A DNA stretch of 63,397 nt, counting the filler, from Octopus bimaculoides (Eukaryota): assembly GCF_001194135.2 (NCBI RefSeq). It is 7 parts of 7 records of this genome, joined end to end, with 100 filler letters (N's around TTAATTAATTAA, not from the genome) between each part and the next. Parts side by side here need not be neighbours in the genome. Positions count along the whole stretch, not along the records: positions 17,058 to 39,945 come from NC_069002.1; 6 more parts are not named here. One strand, written 5' to 3'. Below, one piece after another: positions 25,317 through 37,809 of the stretch; the stretch's first letter is position 1, and every line of letters begins with the position of its first letter. The position numbers and the translations under genes are program-made. The notes beneath the pieces were generated by a model, which was not told the DNA's origin, ran no database searches, and was given only the letters and a program-made list of their open reading frames with translations.

Positions 25317-26328
25317 NNNNNNNNNNNNNNNNNNNNNNNNNNNNNNNNNNNNNNNNNNNNNNNNNNNNNNNNNNNNNNNNNNNNNNNNNNNNNNNNNNNN
25401 NNNNNNNNNNNNNNNNNNNNNNNNNNNNNNNNNNNNNNNNNNNNNNNNNNNNNNNNNNNNNNNNNNNNNNNNNNNNNNNNNNNNNNNNNNNNNNNNNNNN
25501 NNNNNNNNNNNNNNNNNNNNNNNNNNNNNNNNNNNNNNNNNNNNNNNNNNNNNNNNNNNNNNNNNNNNNNNNNNNNNNNNNNNNNNNNNNNNNNNNNNNN
25601 NNNNNNNNNNNNNNNNNNNNNNNNNNNNNNNNNNNNNNNNNNNNNNNNNNNNNNNNNNNNNNNNNNNNNNNNNNNNNNNNNNNNNNNNNNNNNNNNNNNN
25701 NNNNNNNNNNNNNNNNNNNNNNNNNNNNNNNNNNNNNNNNNNNNNNNNNNNNNNNNNNNNNNNNNNNNNNNNNNNNNNNNNNNNNNNNNNNNNNNNNNNN
25801 NNNNNNNNNNNNNNNNNNNNNNNNNNNNNNNNNNNNNNNNNNNNNNNNNNNNNNNNNNNNNNNNNNNNNNNNNNNNNNNNNNNNNNNNNNNNNNNNNNNN
25901 NNNNNNNNNNNNNNNNNNNNNNNNNNNNNNNNNNNNNNNNNNNNNNNNNNNNNNNNNTGTTTATGTGTGTGTGTGTGTGTGTGTGTGTGTGAGTGTGTGT
26001 GTGTGTGTTCAATTATCAACACATTTACACATCATTTTGTAGAACCCTTCATTTGCATAAGTAAATATGAACACCGAATATTTTTACGGCTTGATTCACA
26101 GTCTTATTCTTTCTTGCAATGCTTTTTATTGGCAGAGGGAGACATAAGAGAAACGACATACTCTGTGCACAATGGCAATGGAAATGTGCTGAAGTGCCGA
26201 GGACACCAGATGAAACTTGCTGTGATGGCTTCTTCTGTAAATGTAACCCCTTCTGGAGAGCAAACTGTCGGTGCCACTCATTAAGTCTTTCACAAACGGC
26301 ACTTGAGGGCTGCCGAAAAAGAAAATGA
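19612..26328 (+). CDS. Agatoxin-like (8-Cys ICK/knottin) peptide precursor 1, spliced join(19612..19672,22413..22467,26136..26328), 102 aa
   Basis: Hand-spliced translation: MKIILGFSFCVLSYAMPLNN-D-VATVNKSQHVINRSLVE-R-GRHKR/NDILCAQWQWKCAEVPRTPDETCCDGFFCKCNPFWRANCRCHSLSLSQTALEGCRKRK*. All junctions are GT-AG with matching phases (1 then 2). CDS is 61+55+193=309 nt with no internal stop. Cys spacing C-x6-C-x10-CC-x4-C-x-C-x7-C-x-C. Confidence 0.85.
20440..21975 (-). mobile_element. Degenerate Tx1/L1-like LINE (APE to RT start) inside intron 1 of knottin gene 1
   Basis: Minus-strand remnants VVAIRET, DGKFVVLDL, APGP and SSLIGPE in the order expected for Tx1 ORF2; many stops and frameshifts. Confidence 0.6.
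22413..22467 (+). CDS. Knottin gene 1 coding exon 2 (propeptide DVATVNKSQHVINRSLVER)
   Basis: Acceptor gtttttatcccatttcag|AT and donor AG|GTAAAC; 55 nt, phase 1 in and phase 2 out, the same phases and AT.../...AG ends as exon 2 of the neighbouring paralog. Confidence 0.7.
23390..23800 (+). mobile_element. Penelope-like GIY-YIG fragment in intron 2 of knottin gene 1
   Basis: LCNC / CQLDSKCKTRNVVHKCKVT...YKG...R..NH matches the PLE zinc-finger plus GIY-YIG motif order. Confidence 0.65.
26136..26328 (+). CDS. Knottin gene 1 coding exon 3 (RHKR site plus mature 8-Cys ICK peptide)
   Basis: Acceptor gctttttattggcag|A in phase 2; coincides with ORF 26119..26328; CC-x4-CKCNPFWRANCRC resembles the arthropod agatoxin-like peptide core as I recall it (CC-x4-CRCNLWGxNCxC). 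Confidence 0.9.
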
Positions 26329-27689
26329 AAGAATCGATGTCTTCTTTTTTTTCTCATCCATTTCGTTTATCATTTTTTCTTTTCCTTCTTCCTACTTTGA
26401 TGAAGAAACAGTGTTCAAAACATCGATTGTTCTGTTGGCACGTTGACTTTTTTAATTTGTTCCTTGTTTTTCTCGTATAAATTTGCTATGGCGCGTTTTT
26501 GATACTGTCTTGCCTTGATAAAATATAATTATCTATATACTAATTAGAAAACTATAGCAGATTCAAACAAGAAATCCGCTGGATATTTATTTTATGTACT
26601 ACAATATATATTGTTCTTATTAAACCTCTAGATTCTACTTGATCTACAAATAAATAATTACAGTAATCTATAACGATCGTCTAATAATTTGTTTTCCGTT
26701 AATTTAATTTTTTAACTGTTCGCGTTGCAGATCTTCACTCTGTTACTGTAAAAAGTAATTGTTGTTGTTGTGACTTAACCTCTTAAGTTAAGCATGGTAA
26801 AGCTGACCACTGATGAATGCCTTTCCAGCAGTGGCCACTCTTCATTATTCAGACATTTTTCGGCTGCTATGTGAGACTTGAGGAGGATCTGCCTGCTATG
26901 TTTAGCAAGTTGAATGAACACTACTAACAAACACTCGACTTCTGTAGCCTTTTTATTGTTACAATCATAACACAAGAGATGCCATGCCCATCACACACTC
27001 ATTGCAGTAATGTTTTCTGTCATATTATAAAGATGTTTTTGTAGAGATATCAATTTTCTGCCTTTGCATTTTATCGTTGTAAACATGGTTTACAATTTTA
27101 TATTGAGAATATTACTCCTCAATAACTTTCCTGCTTCTAAGTATTGTCTTCGATTTTACCATTAATTTTCATACATGTCTAGGAAATAATTTCTAAAGCA
27201 TCAAATATCGATAAAAGTAAATTATCTCAAGCACTGTTTATCGTGATCAGGAGCTCAACAGATTTATCAGAAATAATTTAAGAGTCTCATATAAATTTCC
27301 GATCTTAGAGGGTAGTCTATATTAAAAGGATAACCTACTGTGCATATTTGCAACACAGAGAGATCCAGCAATGTTAAGTGCGCATACGACTTTTTTTATG
27401 GTAACTGATTATCCACGATTACTGAAGACAATCTTTACAAACTAAACTTTCTCGAAAAACACTGGATGTTTGTAAGTCATTCTACTACCATTTAAGGAAA
27501 CAGATAAGTCGTTAAATTATGTATCGAATTATTTACCTTATTAAGAAATATTTTCTTAGAATTTCTGATTTCTCTTTGCGTCGAAGGTACAAATTTTTAA
27601 CGAAGTAGCTTTTTTTATTTCAATAAACCGTCGCCAGAAAAGGCATTAAAGACACAAGTAACTCTATAGAACCTTACATGCAGCAATCA

Positions 27690-28300
27690 ATTACAAACAT
27701 TCTTAGCTGTTAAAACACTAACAAAACTAGATCAAGTGATATAACGTGGTTTAACCCCCCCCCCTATTAAACTTAGCTATTTCTAACATCCACATTAGAA
27801 TTCATTCTCACCCTAAGCTGTTGCTACAAAAATTTAAACAAAAACACATGAAATTTATCCTAGTATCCACTCCATCTTATTTTGTGCCAAACCAGAGAAT
27901 ATGCTGCCCCAAATGCTCAACTTTACCAACGATAGTAACACATACAAAGAAAGAAATTTGAACAGCATGAACCATAGTAACTGCTCTTTGGACGACAAAT
28001 GCATAGTTAATGACAGAATAATAATACATTTTTACCATTTATAATTGAACAGGAATATACGGGGTTCAACTTCTACACATCTTAAACGAAGCTGTAACCA
28101 ACACTCTCATACATTTAGAAATCGGAATACAAACAAATGGACCATCAATCTTGAAATTTATTCGAGTGTGAAATGGAATACTAACCTCACATGCGAACGG
28201 AATATTATTTTTGAAGTTAAATCACTGAATCTTGTAATTCGTACCCTAGAGAAATATTAGTACGCCTAGTAGAAATTTACTAAATAAGCATAATGAAACA
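27690..28300 (+). mobile_element. Penelope-like linker and GIY-YIG fragment
   Basis: DITWFNPP motif, CSLDDKC, and ORF 28045..28260 GSTSTHLKRSCNQHSHTFRN. Confidence 0.7.
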
Positions 28301-28528
28301 AAATCCCCCCTTCCAAACGTAGGGCCTCAGATCACATAAAGGCTTTCTGGCCGCAACAACAACGAAAAGTGACTACCGGAAGAGGGCCTCTACTACGGCT
28401 AAGAGTATCAAACAAACAACACCAACAATAGAACGACAAATACAACACAACCAGCGGCAAAAGACAGCAACGTCAGCAACAACATCGTGCAACAGCAGCA
28501 GCAGTGGCTACCGTGACAGCTGTAAAGT

Positions 28529-28915
28529 CCGGTGTTGGCACTCCGTCGCTTACGACGTCGAGGGCTCCAGTTGATCCGATCAACGGAACAGCCTGCTCGT
28601 GAAATTAACGTGCAAGTGGCTGAGCACTCCACAGACACGTGTACCCTTAACGTAGTTCTCGGGGGATATTCAGCGGGACACAGTGTGACAAGGCTGACCC
28701 TTTGAATTACAGGCACAACAGAAACAGGAAGTAAGAGTGAGAGAAAGTTGTGGTGAAAGAGTACAGCAGGGTTAGCCACCATCCCCTGCCGGAGCCTCGT
28801 GGAGCTTTAGGTGTTTTCGCTCAATAAACGCTCACAATGCCTGGTCTGGGAATCGAAACCACGATCCTATGACCGCGAGTCCGCTGCTCTAACCACTGGG
28901 CCATTGTGCCTCCAC
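28529..28915 (-). mobile_element. tRNA-derived SINE family B, full-length with 12-bp TSD
   Basis: Minus-strand head GGAGGCACAATGGCCCAGTGGTTAGAGCAGCGGACTCGCGG...GGTTTCGATTCC; CAGCTGTAAAGT is repeated directly at 28517-28528 and 28916-28927. Confidence 0.9.
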
Positions 28916-30455
28916 CAGCTGTAAAGTAGCATCTAAAATAACAGCAGCAATAAAATCAGGAGCGGAAATAACATTAACAACAAACAACAATAGAAACAAC
29001 ACCCTAAAAGTATCTTACATCATCAACATTAGGGACAACAACAAAGAAATCACAAAGCAACAAAAATACAATAGAAAAATAAACACAAGTTCAAACAAGG
29101 TGCAGCCATAAATTAGGTGCTAAATTTCGCTTACACTAAAGGCCAGAACAGTGTCTGTTACACACGGTCATAGACACAATCATAGAAAATTAATGGACCA
29201 CATCTAACACCCTACGAACATTACTACACCATTCGATGACTATATCTCATTAACAAATAGCTTTCATACAAAAATCATAGGGCAAGATATAACAGACACT
29301 CTTTTAAAAATCAAGTATAATCCTGGTGGAATAAAAGATTTAGAAGGAATATTAACTAAGATTTACTTGTAGAAACACAGCTATCCAGGAGAACAAGACA
29401 TCTATCTTTCCACGGAAATAAGGTCGGTGGGCTTGTTCACTTTCCTTATCCAATAGACAGAGTGAATGCACATAGCTCTCGAACGTTTTGCTAGCAGTCC
29501 CACCTGCTCAACATCTTTAGGTCTGTAGATATAGATGTAGTGGCCTTCCATGAGACCACAATTTTTGAGGCACGAGTTTTCATGCGAACATCGCAGCGAT
29601 GAGATGTACGCATCTTCACTCTTCACGTCGAACGGAATTTAGAAGCACGGTTAGTGTCATTTTCAGACAGGTTTTCAGAAAGGTATCGCGATAAGTTAGT
29701 CGAAGCAGACATAAGCAGATGCAAATACCAAACTAATAAGCAATTTCGCCAGGGATGGGGTGGCTACATTCCATGGGACATCTGCAGGTCTTCGAAAGAC
29801 ATCTTTCTTTTTAGTCCTAGTGTGTCATTGAAACGCCATTTTGGACGCATGCATGAACTGTGTGAGTTAATCTGATAGGAGAGAGGATGCAAAAGCTTCA
29901 CAAATCTTTTCAGACGTTTCCAGCTTTCTGACAGGTATCCACTGGATTTCAGGCTAGGTCACTGCAATGTACAGTGATATTTGCTCAGTGGTCAGAATAA
30001 ATAGCCTCCCATCAGAACTGTTCGGTGTCATGTACTTGGTTTGAGATCGTTTCCAGGTATAGAGAGGGTCCGACTATCAGATGTGAAAATCACCCCGCCA
30101 GGTCAGGAAGGGTATGTAGCTTTATCTGTCGCAAGTTCTGATGAAAGAGGTTTTGGTGTACAAATTTGAATGAGCTCAATACAGACACTTTCGTCTTTGG
30201 CCTCATGGACGTTTTCAAGTTTTCTCTTGGAAAGAAAATTGAGGATGGAAAAGGATGGTCTGACTTTCATAAAATTCGTTGAAAATCAAATGAATGCGGC
30301 ATGCATGGCCTGACTGTAAGCCTAGTACTTATTCTGTCACACTCTTTTGCCAAACCGCTAGGTTTCTAGGACCTAAACACACCAATATCGGTTGTCAAGC
30401 GATGGAATGGGAACAAGCAGAAAGACACAAAAAAATACACAGACACTCACACACA

Positions 30456-30487
<32 letters not shown>

Positions 30488-30959
30488 TACATATGTATAC
30501 ATATATACGACAGACTTCTTTCAGTTTCCGTCTACCAAATCAACTCGCAAGGCTTTAGTCGGCCCGAGGCTACAGCAGAAGACACTTGCCGAAGGTGCCA
30601 CGCAGTGGGACTGAACCCGGAATCACGTGGTTCGGAAGCAAGCTTCAATCAAATTATATGTACTTCTGACATCATGATCACCCATTTCGTAACTAATGTG
30701 GTGGTACTTACTTATTCGCACACGTATGCATGCACACACACGCACACATCCACATACATATAGCTGGCTTTCGCTGTTTGTTAGTTCAACCTTTCTAGAA
30801 TAGATGAGTAAATTTATCTAAATTGGGTTTTGGTATATTAAGCGCAAGTTTACGCATATAGCGCTGCTTTTATATTTGCCAGCTGTGTCAACTAACATAT
30901 ACAGGCTGTTCAAAAAACATCTCTACAGTAAGTATTTTATTGCAAAATAAATATTTCTA

Positions 30960-31400
30960 AGATGGTATAAGACTACAAAAGAATATATTAGATTTTATGA
31001 GGCTTTAAAAAACTTTATTAGAGGTGTTGAAAGGGTCGTCCTTCATTTTCAATATATAAGTTGACTCTTCTACACATGTTTTGAAATACATCTTGGAGGG
31101 TCTGATGCAGTATGGACTGTGTGAAGGTTATGAATGCGTCTTTTAGCACGTTAATGGGTTTTTCAGGCTATTCTCGTGCACTGATCCTTTACTTGCTTCC
31201 CAGAAAAAAGTCTGGTGGTGTTAAATCAGGTGATCTTGGTGGCCAAAGTCCCTCCGAGATAATCTATTCACTGCTGAGAGACTTTTTGAACACCCTGAAT
31301 AAATATATATATATTGATATATTTCTCTCCTTGCTTAGAAATGAAGATTGAACGCCAAAGGAAATGCTTCATTAATTGCCATGGGTATGTAGGAGCAATT
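30960..31400 (-). mobile_element. Tc1/mariner (WPPRSPDL-type) transposase 3' fragment
   Basis: Minus-strand LWPPRSPDLTPPDFFLG...LKDAFITFTQSILHQTLQDVFQNMCRRVNLYIENEGRPFQHL*. Confidence 0.85.
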
Positions 31401-31499
31401 TACAGCGACCAATAACAATAAAAAGGAAACAGCTTGCTATAGTATATCTAACTTTTATTTTCGTCTTTACACACTCAAATTTGTAATAAATTATGCTGT

Positions 31500-32130
31500 T
31501 TCAGTCAGAAATATTTACAAGCTTTTTTTCCGACATTGCGTTCGGGGTTAAAATCCTTGGAGATGTAAGTGATGAACAAGGAGAGCGCTTCCGCCAAGAC
31601 CTGAGGACCGTGAAAGAGCGGACAAAATCATGAGGGGAGACTACTGCTGAAACATTAAATGAAATTTCCCCGAGGAAGTCTACAAACGCAAAAGCTCCAA
31701 GTGCAAATTCTTGCCTGAATAAGATATATTTGTGTTTCATCTTCTATCCTAATCGGTTTCTCGACTATACACACTTATAATTTGTACATAATATATATTT
31801 TCTACTGAAAAACAGATGGCGAAAGAACATGATAACATTTAGTTTACTCTGCATTGGAATAAGAAATATTATTTTTATTTTGTTGTGGTCTACTAACTCG
31901 TAGACATGAATAAAGTTAGAATCTCAAGGATGGATGTTTGTTCTTTTCCATCTAGTTTGAAGATAGCATAACTAGAAAATTATCAGATCGATTACATCAT
32001 ATCTTGGGAAGTATTCAAAATTTGGAAAATATTAAAAAAATCTTAATTGTAAAAAAATCTAGCGGTTACAGAGGAAAACTAACTTCATATTTGAATTCAG
32101 CTTACTCAAATTACATTATACCAATTATTG
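31500..32130 (+). mobile_element. DNA transposon 3' fragment, tentatively Chapaev3-like
   Basis: LGDVSDEQGERFRQDLRTVKER...DYC matches the VSDE.GERFHQD...DYCW transposase C-terminal motif; superfamily assignment is from memory. Confidence 0.6.
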
Positions 32131-32896
32131 GTATCAATGCAGCAAAAATGATGTTGGCCAGTGTAATCTGTGACCTAACGTCTTGAGGAAATCTGTAAAG
32201 TAACTTCTTGACGCACATAAGTTGTTCTGATGTGTGTGAAGAACTAAACTGGACATTTACACGTGATATATGGAAAATCTCACATTATTTTAAACAACTA
32301 AGGAGCCGATTTTTACATGAGATCAATTTATTTATAGGAGTGTATACTATATTTCATATATGAAGCTAGATACACAATATAAGATGGTCATAAATAAAAT
32401 GACATTGATGAAACGTCTGCTGGATTAGGATTGACCGGGAGGGAAATAACAGTCTGGACTTTGCACCGATTTTTAGTAATTAATATACATTGGCAGGTAA
32501 AAAAAAACAAAAAAACACCATATAAAGATTATCGTGTTTTTATTCCATATTTTGACGCCTGCAGTGATGGATATTGGCGTAACTGAAGACATAAATTTGA
32601 TAATGTTTGAAAATGACTTTTTTCTTATTACTAATTCATACAGATGTACGAACAACATGAATTACATCGCATAAATTATGTAGTTGATACACACTCACAC
32701 ACATACACACACACAGATGCGCGCGTGTATAAACAAGAGAAAACGGTAAGAGGAACAAGCTGAGAGACAAAGAGAGAACGAGAGAAGAAAACGAAAGCTG
32801 GGGTAAACAAGCGTTGAAGAAGTTCTCTTGATAACTAACACTATATCATTATCATCAAGTTTGAATTTCACACTGGAGAACGTCTACTGAGCTCTT

Positions 32897-32990
32897 TATA
32901 TAAATACCGTTCGAATCTAACAAGTATGTAACATTTAGATTATTCATTGTGGCTGTATGTGATTCAGTAATAACAATAGACAGAGTAAGT
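32897..32990 (+). promoter_or_regulatory. Candidate TATA box and short non-coding first exon for knottin gene 2
   Basis: TATATAAATA at 32897-32906 and a consensus donor A|GTAAGT at 32985; the ATG exon at 34442 starts with a splice acceptor, so an upstream UTR exon is expected. Confidence 0.3.
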
Positions 32991-34014
32991 TATGGTAATG
33001 ATGATGGTGGTAGTGGTAGAGCTTAATCCGTTTGTTGCCTGTTTGCATGTGTACAGTCCAAGATCTGCGAAGAGAGAGGATAACCGGAATGATTTACAAA
33101 TGTTCACTTTACATCTCATCGATTGTATTTGATGAAAGTGAATCATTCGAGCTTTTGTAAATTTTGCTTTTTGGTTAATGCAAATCGGTTGTTAAGAAAC
33201 ATGAAAATATTACAGCTGGATATTATTGCTATACGTTTTTCATTAGTTCCCGGAAGATGTTCTTATTTTCTAACTTTATGACGAGACATTCGCATCCACT
33301 AAACGGCTGGTCTCTGCAACAGAGCATGACTGTTGCATCCTGGTCCATGCAACAATATTAAGCCAGTTGTACTTTAAGCGGGTTGCTGAAAGCAGAATTC
33401 CAAGATGGCAATGGCATAGCCTTCCAGGCGAAATGTGATCTGTCGCAGATCCAGGGGAGGTTGCTTTTAATGCTTGTTGCGGGATATGTACACATACACA
33501 ATTTTCTTTTGATATGAGACATATACTTGGAGTACCTGTTCCTCAATTCTTTTCCAAGATATTCCTCACCGAGTGTAGTAGCTGAAATACCTAATAGATA
33601 AAGGAAAAAGTGATCCCATTAATGAAAACAGATACGTAATTTTCTACGTTCTCAGTGTTGGAATGGAGAAAATATCGATTGTATAATTTTGTATAGGACG
33701 ATCATATGACACAAGTGTTTAGCAACAACCAATAATGTTTATTCAGGAATTAGATTCCTGTGAAATGTGAAGGAAAGACTGTTCTTGGATATAGAAAATA
33801 GAAAAAATATTTCTGACTGTACATTTCACACACAACATTTTGTCAAATGTAAATGCTGCAAGCCTGGTGTAAATGTTTGGGAGCAGAAATAAAAATACAG
33901 TTATAGAAGCCAGATACATTTGAAGTAAGAACATTTCATTCGCATTTAACATCGCATTTATGGACAAATGCTTCGAGACTTCATCTTCATCTAAATTATA
34001 TATTTACATTAGTA

Positions 34015-34242
34015 TTGAGTTGTACGGAAAGTTCGTGCCGATTTATAGTAGCTTACCTTTCGACTTATTTGCCATGAAACCACCTCAATTCTGGGAAGAG
34101 GGTATTTTCAAGTTAAAGGAAAGATGGAGACGCATTGTGTAACAAAATGGTTCATATTTGGTTGGTTAAAAATGTAATGGCAAGTATTTATTGACATTTT
34201 TCTTTCCTTTAAAAATCGGCACGAACTTTCTGGACCACCCAA
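34015..34242 (+). mobile_element. Internally deleted mariner (MITE) with TIRs and TA TSD, about 200 bp upstream of knottin gene 2 coding exon 1
   Basis: TA-TTGAGTTGTACGGAAAGTTCGTGCCGATTT ... AAATCGGCACGAACTTTCTGGACCACCCAA-TA; interior FAMKPPQFWEEGIFKLKERWRRIV is the mariner C-terminus. Confidence 0.85.
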
Positions 34243-34448
34243 TACTTATAACTATCGTTGCAGTTAGCTGTTTTACTAAATATATAAACGATTAAGTCGA
34301 AAGCTAGGATCTTCATTGAAATAAATTTGAATATCTAAAATATCATTGTTACCTAAATTTTAGCTGTAGACCTTTGCGACTTTATTGAGAATAAATCTTC
34401 CGTTTTTAATGACTCTCGTTGTTATATCTCTACATCAACAGGCACGTG

Positions 34449-34512
34449 ATGAAAAGCCTCAGTGTCTTATTGTTTTGTGTATTCGTTTCATACACCTTCT
34501 CGGATAAAGAAA
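34449..34512 (+). CDS. Knottin gene 2 coding exon 1 (signal peptide MKSLSVLLFCVFVSYTFS-DKE)
   Basis: Acceptor catcaacag| at 34441, ATG at 34449 (7 nt of UTR, as for gene 1 with the 19604 acceptor), hydrophobic core, consensus donor A|GTAAGT at 34513. Confidence 0.8.
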
Positions 34513-35053
34513 GTAAGTATAATTATAATTTTCTTGTAATTTATAGTCCTCTGAAATAAAGAGGGAGAAAACAGGGAGGATAAAAAAGCGAAGAGAAGAA
34601 AAATGAATAACGTTACTTCGGCGGGCTTTCAGAGGTGCCCCTGTTTATTTGTGATTACAGCTTTCAAATAACTCAAATAACTCTATATTTATCTACACTA
34701 CGCATGGACCATGTATTCGGAATTACGCTTCTTCTATACAATATATAACATTTAATAAACAAAGTTACTGACTAATCGTTTAAATACAAATCGGGAGGAC
34801 TTTTAACGGTGTGCTTTGATCTGTTACTGCTATATACGATAGTTCAGTTTCTTAGTTGTCAGACGAATAAGGGCGCATCTTCACTGATGAAGGATTATAT
34901 TTTACGGTAAAATCGTCGTGAAACTAGTATGTTTTACACCTGAGGAATTCCAGGTTTGGCCTAGAAGCCGACAGTGTTGATAGCCCAGTATTCGGGTCGA
35001 GTGTTTCTCTGGAAATACCTCAACTTCACACTCTTCCTGACCTTAGACTTTTG

Positions 35054-35098
<45 letters not shown>

Positions 35099-37394
35099 GT
35101 ATGTAAGCCATGCAAAGTCAAGAACATTCTATTCGATAGGCCTGTACTTTGATTCCTTTTCGCCGTAACTAGGTAGCGGCGTACTACAAGGTGAATCGAG
35201 TGAGTGTAGACATTGCCGCTAATGCTTCTTCTAATGCTGCTGGTTCGCTAGAAGAATTTCATTGGTCAACGGTATCACAAGGTTCAACGCAGAGCTTTAG
35301 TGCTTGAGTCTGTTTCTTAACGTGGTCTCAACTCGAAACCGGCAGTGCATAGTGCCAGTGAAAAGCTACAAAAGACAAAATATGAAACACATCACTTTTA
35401 ATGATAATAATTCAATTGTTTATGATATTGGTAATATCGACATATATCAAGATGAATGCTACATTCAGCTCTTTCGAATACAGTAAATGTACGACAGCTA
35501 CTGATTTTGTCTGAAAGAATGTCAAGCAAAATGCAACTGGTGTTTAAAAATTAATTAAATTAAATTACTTAAAAATTATCCTAAAAATACGATACTAATT
35601 ATTTAACAGTATTTCTCCAGGGAGTCTCTAAAGTTTGTGATATTCATCATGTGTTATTCAGGACTAGCGAAAATATCATATTTATCTCATACATTGGGAT
35701 TAAATTTACTATCGTTTATGTCTAAAATAGCCATCATTACAGTGATCAGCTATATAAACTGTAGGTGAGAGAAAATGTGAGTTCCAGTCATCACGACGTT
35801 ACCTCTTTTTCAGATTATATAATTATAAGTAAATTATCCTCTATTTAATGAAATGTCTGCTGAGCGCTACATGGGTCTTTTGTTTAAGTCTAATTTCTCT
35901 TTCAGATGTTACTCACACAGGAACTGTTGTAAGTTTCACTATAGTGACTAAAAGGTAAGAACTACATACCTGCATCTCATATTTATTTAATTTACTATTG
36001 GCAAAGAGGTAAGACGGCGAATTGGCAGAAACACTAGCACGCCGGACGAAATGCTTAAGAGTATTTCGTCTACCGCTACGTTCTCAGTTCAAATTCTGCC
36101 GAGGTCGACTTTGCCTTTCACCTTTCTTTTCGGGAGTCAATAAATTAAGTACCAGTTGCGTACTGGGGTCAATCTAATCGACTGGCCCCGGCCCCCTGCC
36201 TAGAGTAGAAAAGAGTATTGGCAAAGCGGTAAACTGGCAGAATCATTAGAATAGGTAGGACCATTTCTTCCAGGTTTCGGGTCGATGAAATACCAGTTGA
36301 GAATTAGCGTCGATTTGGACTCTCCATCAAGGTTCCAGGTCTTATGCCTATTATAGAAAGGTTATTAGTATTGGCGTAATTATATTCTGTGACTCTTTCT
36401 AAATTATACTTTTTATTCCTTTTATTTGTTTCAGTCATTTGACTGCGGCCATGCTAGAGCACCGCCTTTAGTCGAACGAATCGACCTCAGGACTTATCAA
36501 CAACTACCATTTCTTTCTCTACTCTCCAAAAAGGAACCACCTGACCATCATGTTTCTAAAACTACCCACCCTTTATCTTCCATTCGTTTGGGTATTTCAG
36601 CTACTGTTAATGATATCAAATTTACCTTCAGCTCGTGTGTCGTGTCTTTCTACATATATTTACTCAAATTTCATTAGAATTATACATGTTTAATTCTGTC
36701 GTATAGCGCAAAGGCTTTCCGTCTATACAGACACTTGTTTCATTTAATTTCTGTTTATTTATTTCATTCGTGCCTTGATACCTACCTTTTATATATTTTC
36801 CTGTCCTTCCCATAACTCGTCCTTTTTATCATTCGCTCTTGAGACTCACGTCTTGCTTTCTATTTGTCACATTCTGTCCTTCATTCTTACTCTTTTGTAC
36901 TCCAGCAGCATTTTAGTGTTGATGCCAACCAATAGAATTATACTATTGTTAAGTTTTCGAATTTTTGGTCAGTATCTGAAGAGATGACATGTCCACAATC
37001 TTTGTGTGTTACTTACTGTTTTCCTTATGTTCTTTCTTCATTTTCCTGTGGCACGTTTTACTATATTCATACATTCACACATATATAACTTAACTAGCAA
37101 CCCTTCGGTTACGACGACGAGGGTTCCAGTTGACCCGATCAACAGAAAAGCTTGATCGTGAAATTAACGTGCAAATGGTTGGGCACTCCACAGTCGCACG
37201 TGTTTCTGGAGAAATTGAGCGTGACAGAAAATGTAACAAAGCAAGGCTGTCAATCAAAATACAAATACAAGTACTGCTAATTTTTGCCAGCTGAGCGCGG
37301 GCTTGAGCCTTGCTCGAGGACACAACCTGCCGCCGGGAGTCGAACTGAGGACCTTAAGATCGCGAACAGAATACCCTAGCCAGTAACCATGTGC

Positions 37395-37429
<35 letters not shown>

Positions 37430-37766
37430 NNNNNNNNNNNNNNNNNNNNNNNNNNNNNNNNNNNNNNNNNNNNNNNNNNNNNNNNNNNNNNNNNNNNNNN
37501 NNNNNNNNNNNNNNNNNNNNNNNNNNNNNNNNNNNNNNNNNNNNNNNNNNNNNNNNNNNNNNNNNNNNNNNNNNNNNNNNNNNNNNNNNNNNNNNNNNNN
37601 NNNNNNNNNNNNNNNNNNNNNNNNNNNNNNNNNNNNNNNNNNNNNNNNNNNNNNNNNNNNNNNNNNNNNNNNNNNNNNNNNNNNNNNNNNNNNNNNNNNN
37701 NNNNNNNNNNNNNNNNNNNNNNNNNNNNNNNNNNNNNNNNNNNNNNNNNNNNNNNNNNNNNNNNNN

Positions 37767-37809
<43 letters not shown>

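Noticed and set aside
29400-30290. Higher-GC island, possible exon or LINE
   Set aside because: No frame stays open and I could not match a convincing motif; probably a highly decayed retroelement, left unannotated.
35929-35934. Alternative GTAAGT donor inside gene 2 exon 2
   Set aside because: Phase 0 splicing to 37906 gives an immediate TAA; only the 35955 donor keeps the knot in frame. It might still yield an unproductive isoform.
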